Assembly (NCBI GenBank): GCA_964434035.1
Contig: CAYSTX010000002.1
Span: 1 to 49,953, forward strand
DNA: 49,953 bases
Origin: an uncultured Acetobacteraceae bacterium
Lineage (GTDB): Bacteria; Pseudomonadota; Alphaproteobacteria; Acetobacterales; Acetobacteraceae
Reading direction: 5' to 3'
Shown here: positions 29,143 through 37,037 of the stretch, piece after piece
How positions within the stretch are numbered: position 1 is the first letter of the stretch
How the letters are laid out: each line of letters opens with the position of its first letter
Position numbers and translations under genes: made by a program
Notes under the pieces: generated by a model
Told to the model about the DNA's origin: nothing
The model's database searches: none
What the model saw: the letters and a program-made list of their open reading frames with translations, nothing else

Positions 29143-30213
29143 ATGGACGACAACGTCGCAACGCTCCGTACGCCGGATGCGCTGATCGAGGCCGGCCTGC
29201 TGCCCGAGACCGAGCGGAAAGCCGCCGACGCGGTGGCCGCCCGCTACGCCATCGCCGTGCCCCCAACGCTCGCCGCCCTAATCGAGCGCGCCGACGACCC
29301 GATCGGCCGCCAGTTCCTGCCGCACGCGGACGAACTCATCACCGCGCCGCACGAAAGCGCCGACCCGATCGCCGACGACGCACTGTCGCCCGTGCGCGGC
29401 ATCGTGCACCGCTACGCCGACCGCGCGCTGCTGAAGCCGCTGCTGATCTGCCCCGTCTATTGCCGCTTCTGCTTCCGCCGCGAACACGTCGGCCCCGATG
29501 GCGGCCTGTTGACCGAGGCCGAGCTAGATGCCGCCTTCGCCTGGATCGCGGCGCATCCGGCGGTGACCGAAATTATCCTGACCGGCGGCGACCCGCTGAT
29601 GCTCTCGCCACGCCGTCTCGGCGGCATCATAACGCGCCTGTCCGCCATTCCGCACATCGCCACCATCCGCGTGCACACTCGCGTGCCGGTGGCGACGCCC
29701 GAGCGCGTGACCGACGCGCTAGCCGACGCGCTGGAGACCGACCGCGCGCTGTTCGTGGCCCTCCATGCGAACCACGCGCTCGAATTCACGCCGGCGGCGC
29801 GGGCCGCGATACGCCGGTTGCAAATGCGCACGATCCCGGTGCTCGGCCAATCGGTGCTGCTCGCGGGCGTCAACGATACCGAGGCGGCGCTGGAGGCGCT
29901 GTTTCGGGCCATGATCGCGGCCCGCGTGAAGCCCTATTACCTGCATCAGCTCGACGCCGCCCCCGGCACCGCGCGCTTTCACGTGCCGGTTGAGACCGGG
30001 CGCCGCCTGCTGTCGGCGCTGCGCGGGCGGGTCACGGGGCTCGCCTGGCCGACCTACGTCGTCGATGTGCCGGGCGGGCACGGCAAGGCGCCGGTTGCAC
30101 CGGACCACTGGCTCGGCAACGGGCGCGTGCGCGACGTCGGCGGCACACCCCGCGCGCTTGCCGAGCCCGCGCCCACGCCGCCCCGGCTTGCCGCTCCTGA
30201 CGCTTCGGTCTAG
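29143..30213 (+). CDS. epmB: EF-P beta-lysylation protein EpmB (lysine 2,3-aminomutase-like radical SAM enzyme)
   Basis: CPVYCRFCFRRE is a CxxxCxxC radical-SAM motif. The gene is divergent from epmA and lies upstream of efp. Confidence 0.85.
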   Translation: MDDNVATLRTPDALIEAGLLPETERKAADAVAARYAIAVPPTLAALIERADDPIGRQFLPHADELITAPHESADPIADDALSPVRGIVHRYADRALLKPLLICPVYCRFCFRREHVGPDGGLLTEAELDAAFAWIAAHPAVTEIILTGGDPLMLSPRRLGGIITRLSAIPHIATIRVHTRVPVATPERVTDALADALETDRALFVALHANHALEFTPAARAAIRRLQMRTIPVLGQSVLLAGVNDTEAALEALFRAMIAARVKPYYLHQLDAAPGTARFHVPVETGRRLLSALRGRVTGLAWPTYVVDVPGGHGKAPVAPDHWLGNGRVRDVGGTPRALAEPAPTPPRLAAPDASV

Positions 30214-30250
30214 AAGCCCGGACCTCCCCGAGAAACCCGGAATTGAATCG

Positions 30251-30817
30251 ATGAAGCAGCAGGCAAACCTGATCCGTGCTGGCCAAGTGATTGAGCATGA
30301 AGGCCGTCGTTGGACGGTGCTCAAGCAACAGATCATCACGCCCGGCAAAGGTGGCGCTTTCATCCAGGTCGAAATGCGCGACCTCAAGACCGGCAACAAG
30401 ACGAATGAGCGCTGGCGCACCGCCGATACCGTCGAGCGCCTGATGACCGACAACAAGGAATACACGTACAGCTACACCGACGGCGACAACATGGTCCTGA
30501 TGGACGGCGAGACGTTCGAACAGACGCTCGTGCCGCTCGCGCTGCTTGGCGATGCCGCACCGTTCCTTCAGGACAACATGACGATCGAGGTCGATCTGGT
30601 GGAGGGCGAGCCGGTCGCCGTGCACCTGCCGCCGCAGGCGACGCTCGAGGTGGTTGAGGCCGACCCGGTGACGAAGGGCCAGACGGTCTCCAGCTCCTAC
30701 AAGCCCGCCAAGCTCTCCAACGGCGTGAAGTGCATGGTCCCGCCGTTCATCGAGGTCGGTGAGCGCATTGTCGTGCGGACCGAGGACTCGACCTATGTGG
30801 AGCGAGCAAAGAACTGA
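30251..30817 (+). CDS. efp: Elongation factor P
   Basis: 188 aa. MKQQANLIRAGQVIEHEGRRWTVLKQQIITPGKGGAFIQVEMRDLKTG includes the modifiable Lys in the PGKG loop. Confidence 0.95.
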   Translation: MKQQANLIRAGQVIEHEGRRWTVLKQQIITPGKGGAFIQVEMRDLKTGNKTNERWRTADTVERLMTDNKEYTYSYTDGDNMVLMDGETFEQTLVPLALLGDAAPFLQDNMTIEVDLVEGEPVAVHLPPQATLEVVEADPVTKGQTVSSSYKPAKLSNGVKCMVPPFIEVGERIVVRTEDSTYVERAKN

Positions 30818-30841
30818 GCCGGTAGCGGCGGACAGACGCGC

Positions 30842-31684
30842 ATGGCGCTTCGTCTCTCGCCGACCATGACGATCATGCAGAACGCCGCGCAACGTGCGGC
30901 GAAGCGCCTATTGCGGGATTTTAACGAGGTCGAGCAGCTTCAGGTCAGCGTCAAGGGACCGAGCGACTTCGTGAGCCAGGCCGACCTGCGCGCCGAGCAG
31001 AGCCTGCGCGAGGATCTGACGAAGGCGCGGCCGGGCTACGCGTTCCTGATGGAGGAAAGCGGCGCGCACGGGTCGGAGAACTGGTCGTGGCGCTGGGTGA
31101 TCGATCCGCTCGACGGCACCACCAATTTCCTGCACGGCATCCCGCACTGGGCGATCAGCATCGGGCTCGAGAAGCGGCTGGCCGACGGCACGACCGAAAT
31201 CGCGGCCGGCCTGATCTACGCGCCGGCATCCGACGAGATGTTCTGGGCCGAGAAGGGCGTCGGCGCCTTCGTCAACGAACGGCGGCTCCGCGTCTCGGCG
31301 CGGCGGGAGCTGAAGGACGCGGTTTTCGCGACCGGCATCCCGTTCGCGGCGGTTGCGGACACGAACCGGCTTGCATTCGCGCGCACGCTCGGCACGCTGA
31401 TGCCGATGGTCGCCGGCATTCGGCGATTCGGCGCGGCGGCGCTCGATCTCGCATGGGTCGCGGCTGGCCGGTATGACGGGTATTGGGAACTTGGACTGAA
31501 GCCGTGGGACATGGTGGCGGGTACGCTGATCGTGCGTGAAGCAGGCGGATACGCGACGACACCGACCGGGGCCGACCCGCGGGAAAGCGGCGACGTGGTC
31601 GCGGCTAATACGCATCTGCATGCGGCGCTTTCCCGCATGGTCGCCGAAGGACAGGACGCGGCGCGCGCCCGCTCCGGTTCATGA
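30842..31684 (+). CDS. suhB: Inositol monophosphatase family protein (SuhB)
   Basis: FLMEESG...WVIDPLDGTTNFLHG...WDMVAG. Confidence 0.85.
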   Translation: MALRLSPTMTIMQNAAQRAAKRLLRDFNEVEQLQVSVKGPSDFVSQADLRAEQSLREDLTKARPGYAFLMEESGAHGSENWSWRWVIDPLDGTTNFLHGIPHWAISIGLEKRLADGTTEIAAGLIYAPASDEMFWAEKGVGAFVNERRLRVSARRELKDAVFATGIPFAAVADTNRLAFARTLGTLMPMVAGIRRFGAAALDLAWVAAGRYDGYWELGLKPWDMVAGTLIVREAGGYATTPTGADPRESGDVVAANTHLHAALSRMVAEGQDAARARSGS

Positions 31685-32616
31685 CGCGGGCAATGGATCG
31701 CATACTCGCGGGCCTTCTGGGTTTCGCGCTGATCGCGGCGCCCGGGCCAGTATTGGCGCAGGTGACGGTCGACCTGCATGCGCTCGACGCGCCGTCCGCC
31801 GGCAGCGGCACGACGGAACGGCCCGTGCGGAAACCGGCGGCCCGGCATCAAACGAGACGAGCGGTCACTCATACGCCGGCACGCACCCAGCAGTCGGAGA
31901 CGCCCAAGACCGAGCCGGCCGCGCCGAAGCACGAGACGCCGGCGCCGGTGACGGCCGCGCCGACGGCCCCGTCCGCTCCGGCCCCATCCGCGTCCGCCGC
32001 CGCCAAGCCGGCCGCCGCGCCCCCGCCAGCCGCAACCCTGCCCTCCGCGCCACCGCCCGAGGTGTCACTGACGCCCAACGCGCCGCCCATCCCCGCACCG
32101 GCCGTTCCGGCGCCCGTGCCGTCCGCCGCCGCGCTGCCGTCTTCAACCGCGACGCCGACCGCCGGTGGGCTCCGCGTCAACTTCCCGCCGGGCGAGAGCA
32201 CGGTCGGGCCCGACAGCGCCGCCGCGCTGAAGCATCTCGCTTCCGCCGCGAAGGCGAAGGGCGCCAGCGCCTCGTTTAACGTCGTCGCCTACGCCCCAGG
32301 CTCGCCGTCCGACCCGTCGACGGCGCGGAGGCTGTCGTTGTCGCGGGCTCTCGCGGTCCGCGCGTCGCTCATCGCGGCGGGCGTGGACGGGGCTAACATC
32401 TATGTGCGCGCACTCGGTGAACCGCCCGCCAGCGCGCCGGGAGGCGCGGACCGCGCCGACATCACCGTGCTCGGCGCCAACATCGCCGCGCCGGCCGCCG
32501 CCACGCAGCCTCCCGCCGCGCCCGCACCGTCCGCATCCGCGCCACCGGCCCCGGCCGAACCGCCGCTGACGCCGTCGCGCCCGCCGACAACGCCCCCGCC
32601 GGCTCCCGCGCGATGA
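31681..32616 (+). CDS. Secreted Pro/Ala-rich protein with a degenerate OmpA-like peptidoglycan-binding domain
   Basis: Signal peptide ILAGLLGFALIAAPGPVLAQ, then a ~130-aa P/A/T-rich linker. The OmpA-like core is VNFPPGESTV...FNVVAYAPGSPSDPSTARRLSLSRALAVRASLIAAGV...IYVRALGE. ATGA overlap with suhB. Confidence 0.65.
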   Translation: MTRAMDRILAGLLGFALIAAPGPVLAQVTVDLHALDAPSAGSGTTERPVRKPAARHQTRRAVTHTPARTQQSETPKTEPAAPKHETPAPVTAAPTAPSAPAPSASAAAKPAAAPPPAATLPSAPPPEVSLTPNAPPIPAPAVPAPVPSAAALPSSTATPTAGGLRVNFPPGESTVGPDSAAALKHLASAAKAKGASASFNVVAYAPGSPSDPSTARRLSLSRALAVRASLIAAGVDGANIYVRALGEPPASAPGGADRADITVLGANIAAPAAATQPPAAPAPSASAPPAPAEPPLTPSRPPTTPPPAPAR

Positions 32617-33776
32617 CCAATCCCGGCGGCTACCTGCTGCGGATGCTCGTGTTTCTGGTCGCTGTCGCGGCCGTCGCCGGGCTTCTCTCGCCGGTGCTGC
32701 TGGTTGCGTTCCACAACAATCCCATCCTGAACAGCTTCATCCTGACGGTGCTGGTCATCGGTATCGCCTGGAACCTCTTTCAGGTACGTCGGCTGCGGCC
32801 CGAGGTTGCGTGGCTCGAGACCTGGCAGCAGGCGCGCACCCGCCTCGCCGCCCTGCCTTCGCCACGCCTGCTCGCGCCGATGGCAAACATGCTTGCCGCG
32901 CGCGAGGGCCGTGGCCGCGACGGTGAGCATCGTATCACGCTGTCCACGACCGCGATGCGCACCCTGCTCGACGGCATCGCCTCCCGCCTCGATGAGAGCC
33001 GGGAGCTGTCGCGCTACATGACCGGGTTGATGATTTTTCTCGGCCTGCTCGGCACGTTCTGGGGCCTGCTGAAAACCGTCGCGGCGGTCGGCGACGTCAT
33101 CAACGACATGACGGTCGGCTCGGGCGACGTCTCGGCGATGTTCGCGCAGCTGAAGGGCGGGCTCGTGCAGCCTCTCAAGGGCATGGGCACGGCGTTTTCG
33201 GCGTCGATGTTCGGCCTCGCTGGCGCGCTCGTGCTCGGCTTCCTCGACCTTACGGCCGGGCAGGCGCAAAATCGCTTCTTCAACGAGCTGGAAGAATGGC
33301 TCGCTGGGCTCACTCGCCTTTCCTCCGGTGCGATCGCCGAGGGCGACGGGTCGATCCCGGTCTATGTGCAAGCGCTGCTCGAACAGACGGCCGAGAACAT
33401 GGAGGCGCTGCAACGCGTTATGTCGCGCGGGGAGGAAAGCCGGACGGCCGCCAATACCGCCGTGGTCGGGCTGACGGAACGCATCGCGAGCCTCTCCGAC
33501 ACGATGCGCGCGAACCAGCAATTGATGCTACGCATCGCCGAGATGCAGGCGCAGCTCGGCCCCGCGCTGCAAAAGCTGACCGACCAGCGGCCTCGGCATG
33601 ATGGCGGCGGCTTCGATGAAGCGACTCGCGTCCACCTGCGGTCGATCGAGATGCTGCTGACGCGCCTGCTCGCTGAGACCGAACAGGGCCGCGTGCAGAG
33701 CACGGCCGAGCTTCGCAACGACATCCGTATCCTGACCCGCACAGTAGCGGCGCTCGCCGAGGAGGCGCCACGCTGA
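32613..33776 (+). CDS. MotA/TolQ/ExbB-family proton-channel protein with a ~165-aa helical C-terminal tail
   Basis: Four predicted TM helices. GLLGTFWGLLKTV and GMGTAFSASMFGLAGALVLGFLD are channel signatures. ATGA overlap upstream and TGATG overlap downstream. Confidence 0.8.
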   Translation: MTNPGGYLLRMLVFLVAVAAVAGLLSPVLLVAFHNNPILNSFILTVLVIGIAWNLFQVRRLRPEVAWLETWQQARTRLAALPSPRLLAPMANMLAAREGRGRDGEHRITLSTTAMRTLLDGIASRLDESRELSRYMTGLMIFLGLLGTFWGLLKTVAAVGDVINDMTVGSGDVSAMFAQLKGGLVQPLKGMGTAFSASMFGLAGALVLGFLDLTAGQAQNRFFNELEEWLAGLTRLSSGAIAEGDGSIPVYVQALLEQTAENMEALQRVMSRGEESRTAANTAVVGLTERIASLSDTMRANQQLMLRIAEMQAQLGPALQKLTDQRPRHDGGGFDEATRVHLRSIEMLLTRLLAETEQGRVQSTAELRNDIRILTRTVAALAEEAPR

Positions 33777-35056
33777 TGGCGCTTCGCCGACGCGGTGGCG
33801 GCGGGAACGGGCTGGACGCATGGCCGGGCTACGTCGACGCGCTCTCGACGCTGCTCATGGTCATCATCTTCGTGCTGCTGGTGTTCGTGCTGGCGCAGGC
33901 GTTCCTGTCCGTGGCGCTGTCCGGTCGTGACCGCGCGCTCGATCAGGCGAACCAGCAGCTCGCCGAGTTGTCCGACATGCTCTCGCTGGAACGCGGGCGC
34001 ACCGCCGACCTGACGCTGTCGGTCGCGACGCTCAGCAAGCAGTTGCAGACGGCCACGTCCGCTCGCGACAGCCTGACCTCGCAGCTCGCCGCCGCGCAGG
34101 CCGCCGCAGCCGCGTCCGCCACGCAGGTCACGCAGCTTCAGGCGGCGCTTGCCGCCGGCACGACGCGGGCGGAGACGGCCGAGCAGCAGGCCAAATCGCT
34201 CGCCGCCGCGCTCGCCGAACGCGACGCGACGATCAAGGCCGACCGCGCGACGATCGAGGCGCGGCTGTCCGATCTCGCGCGGCTGACCGAGCAGACGAAG
34301 GCGCTGACGGCACTCCGGGACGAATTGCAAAAACAGGCCGCCGACGCCGCCGCGCGCGCGACCACCGAAGCCGAACGGCGCGCCGCGACGGAGAAGATGC
34401 TTTCGGACGAAAAGAACCTCGGCGACAGCGCGCGGGCACAGATCGCGCTCCTGAACGCACAGGTCGCGCAGCTTCGCGCGCAGCTCGGGCAATTGTCGAA
34501 GGATCTGAACCTCGCGCAATCGGCGATGAGCGACAAGGACACGCAGATTGCCAATCTCGGGCAGCGGCTGAACGCGGCGCTCGCGTCGAAGGTCGAGGAA
34601 TTGCAGCAGTATCGGAGCGAATTCTTCGGCAAGCTCCGCGCCCTGCTCGCCGGCCGCCCGGGGATCAGCATCGTCGGCGACCGTTTCGTGTTTCAGAGCG
34701 AGGTGCTGTTTCCGGTCGGCAGCGCCGAGCTGACGCCGGCCGGCGTGGACCAGATCAACGCGCTCGCGACCACGATCAAGCAGATCGCGTCCGAAATTCC
34801 ACCCAACCTGCCCTGGGTCATGCGCATCGACGGCCATGCGGACCGCCAACCCGTGAGCGGCGGCGCTTTCGCGAGCAACTGGGAGCTATCGGCCGAACGT
34901 GCGATCAACGTGGTGAAGCTGCTCGTCATCGAGGGAGTGCCGCCCGAGCACCTCGCCGCCGCGGCGTTCTCCGAATATCAGCCGATCGACACCGCTGACA
35001 CGCCCGCCGCGTTCGCTAAGAACCGCCGTATCGAACTGCGTCTGACGGACCGCTAG
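33776..35056 (+). CDS. MotB-type membrane anchor with a long coiled coil and a C-terminal OmpA/MotB peptidoglycan-binding domain
   Basis: WPGYVDALSTLLMVIIFVLLVF is a TM helix with Asp, as in MotB YADFMT. About 230 aa of A/Q/L/T-rich repeats follow. The C-terminus carries FVFQSEVLFPVGSAELTP...IDGHAD...NWELSAERA...NRRIELRL. Confidence 0.8.
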   Translation: MALRRRGGGGNGLDAWPGYVDALSTLLMVIIFVLLVFVLAQAFLSVALSGRDRALDQANQQLAELSDMLSLERGRTADLTLSVATLSKQLQTATSARDSLTSQLAAAQAAAAASATQVTQLQAALAAGTTRAETAEQQAKSLAAALAERDATIKADRATIEARLSDLARLTEQTKALTALRDELQKQAADAAARATTEAERRAATEKMLSDEKNLGDSARAQIALLNAQVAQLRAQLGQLSKDLNLAQSAMSDKDTQIANLGQRLNAALASKVEELQQYRSEFFGKLRALLAGRPGISIVGDRFVFQSEVLFPVGSAELTPAGVDQINALATTIKQIASEIPPNLPWVMRIDGHADRQPVSGGAFASNWELSAERAINVVKLLVIEGVPPEHLAAAAFSEYQPIDTADTPAAFAKNRRIELRLTDR

Positions 35057-35071
35057 CCCGCAAGCACGGCC

Positions 35072-35809
35072 TCAGAACAGCGGACGTGTCTTGGTGTGCA
35101 CGGGCCCGATCCGAGCGAGCATCGCGAGCGCGGGCTCATCGAGAGATGACAGTTTCCCGCCCGACAGCTCCAGCAGCTTCCGCTTCCTTATCACCTGCAG
35201 CGTCCGGTTGACGTGAACAATTGAGAGGCCGAGCGCGTCCGCAATGTGGGTCTGTGTCAACGGGAAGGCGAGTGCGCCGTTTGTAACCATCCCGAGCTGT
35301 TCCGACCGCCGCCAGAGCAGCAGGATGAGGGCTGCCGTCCGCTCGAGCGCAGTGCGCCGCCCGACCGACAGCAGGCCCTCATCGACGATGTGTTCCTCGA
35401 CTGCCGACAGCCATGTGAGATCGAACGCAAGGTCCGGGAAGTGCTTGAAAATCTCCCACACCCGGTCGCGCGAAAAAGCGCAGAGCCGCACATCCGTCAG
35501 CGCCTCGATCCCGTGCGTTGCCGCATCGAATAGTTTCGCCTGTAATCCGATGAGATCGCCCGGCAGCAACACGTTGAGGATCTGACGCCGACCGCCCGGT
35601 AGCGTCTTGAAACGGAACGCCCAACCGTTTAGCAGCGTAAACAGCCGATCCGCCTTATCGCCCTCGCGCAGAATGATCGAGCCGGCGGGCGCCACCGCCT
35701 CACCGACCTTCAGATTTTGGATGAAATCAATCTCGGCATCCGTATTCGAACGAAATGCCTCGCGATTGCGTAACGGACAGAAACGACAGGGGACGACTTG
35801 AATCATCAT
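35072..35809 (-). CDS. Crp/Fnr-family transcriptional regulator
   Basis: cNMP-binding-like beta-roll (ILREGDKADRLFTLLNGWAFRFK) and C-terminal HTH THIADALGLSIVHVNRTLQVI. N-terminal PCRFCP. Start at the MM pair (35809). Many T/A-ending codons. Confidence 0.8.
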   Translation of the reverse strand: MMIQVVPCRFCPLRNREAFRSNTDAEIDFIQNLKVGEAVAPAGSIILREGDKADRLFTLLNGWAFRFKTLPGGRRQILNVLLPGDLIGLQAKLFDAATHGIEALTDVRLCAFSRDRVWEIFKHFPDLAFDLTWLSAVEEHIVDEGLLSVGRRTALERTAALILLLWRRSEQLGMVTNGALAFPLTQTHIADALGLSIVHVNRTLQVIRKRKLLELSGGKLSSLDEPALAMLARIGPVHTKTRPLF

Positions 35810-35910
35810 CTTGCTTTTGTCGATCGTCCTGGCGTTATCGCGGTTTAGGCCCCACGCGCACGTGATATAACCTATGTTATTACAAGGCACACTCGGACTT
35901 TCGGTCAACG

Positions 35911-35923
35911 TTGCGCTTTGCAA
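35911..35923. promoter_or_regulatory. Candidate Crp/Fnr-type palindromic box in the divergent promoter region
   Basis: TTGCGCTTTGCAA has TTGC/GCAA arms, but the spacing is one base short of the canonical 14-mer. Confidence 0.2.
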
Positions 35924-35995
35924 TAGCGGAGGTACGGAAGCGGGACTTCGGCCTGGGTTATCCGGCTCCCGCACCGTGCAGGGAGGCTACAGACA

Positions 35996-36982
35996 GTGGA
36001 GCTTTGGCAACCTTGGATCAGCCGACTACGCGGTCGGCTGGCCTATCGTATCGCACTCACGATCGGCCTCTTCGCGCTGGCGCTCGGCGTTCGTTTCGTT
36101 ACTATGAAACAAGGGTACCCATTCCTCACGTTCTTCCCGGCGGTGGTCGTGATCACCGCGCTCGCCGGCTGGCTACCTGGGCTCCTCGCCGCGATCGGCG
36201 GCGGTATTGCCGCGTGGACGCTCTTCATGCCGCAGTCGCCAGCTACGTCGGCGGCTGACAACGTGCTTGCGCTCGCATTCTACGCCGCAACGTCGGCAAT
36301 TTATATCCTTGTGGTCGAGGCGCTGTTTCGCCTGTCGTCCCGTCTGGCCGACTCGCGGGCCGAGGCGCTGCTTCTGGCCGAGGAGCAGCGGCTGATGGTG
36401 CATGAAATCCAGCACAGGACCGCGAACACAATGCAGTTCGTCTCGTCGCTGCTGACGATGCAGTCGCGACGCATCCTCGACGCTCAAACGGCGCGCGCGG
36501 CGTTCACCGAAGCGATAAGGCGCCTCGACGTGCTAGCGCGCGTGCACCGGCGCCTGACTGTTCCGGCCGAATCGACGCTCGCCGCCAGCGCCATGCTGGA
36601 GGGGGTCTGCTGCGACCTGGTCGAGGCGATCGCGGGGGAGCGGCCGATCGTGCTCCGCACGGATATTGCGGCCGTCAGCGTCAAGCCGTCGCAACTGACG
36701 CCGCTCGCACTGCTCGCGACCGAACTCATCAGCAACGCGGTCAAGCACGCCTTCCCGGGCGACCGCGGCGGCACGATCGCGCTGACGCTTCAGCGATGGG
36801 GGCCGACACATCTGGTGCTGGAGGTGCGCGACAACGGCTGCGGACCGTCGTCCGAGATGTCTCCGGCGTCCGGGCAAACACTTGGAATGCGCGTCATCCA
36901 ATCCCTGGCAAAGCAGCTCGACGGAAAGCTCACCATCACCGAGGACCAGGGCACGGTCGCGCGCCTCATTTTTCCCGCTTGA
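35996..36982 (+). CDS. Sensor histidine kinase, HisKA_2/HWE class, with a DUF4118-like membrane N-terminus
   Basis: H-box HEIQHRTANTMQFVSSLL, plus the ATPase motifs ELISNAVKHAF, VRDNGCG and GMRVIQSL. GTG start. Confidence 0.8.
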   Translation: MELWQPWISRLRGRLAYRIALTIGLFALALGVRFVTMKQGYPFLTFFPAVVVITALAGWLPGLLAAIGGGIAAWTLFMPQSPATSAADNVLALAFYAATSAIYILVVEALFRLSSRLADSRAEALLLAEEQRLMVHEIQHRTANTMQFVSSLLTMQSRRILDAQTARAAFTEAIRRLDVLARVHRRLTVPAESTLAASAMLEGVCCDLVEAIAGERPIVLRTDIAAVSVKPSQLTPLALLATELISNAVKHAFPGDRGGTIALTLQRWGPTHLVLEVRDNGCGPSSEMSPASGQTLGMRVIQSLAKQLDGKLTITEDQGTVARLIFPA

Positions 36983-37037
36983 TCGAGGCTCTTCCCGCCG
37001 TCATTCAAGTGGTCTGGCGCGGGGGAGGGATCGGGCG

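Noticed and set aside
31681-35056. Classifying the MotA/MotB-like module as a Zorya anti-phage system
   Set aside because: No ZorC/ZorD/ZorE-like helicase or nuclease genes are adjacent. The MotA-like tail is much shorter than the ZorA tail. The long coiled coil is on the MotB-like protein instead. The chaining to suhB suggests a housekeeping context.
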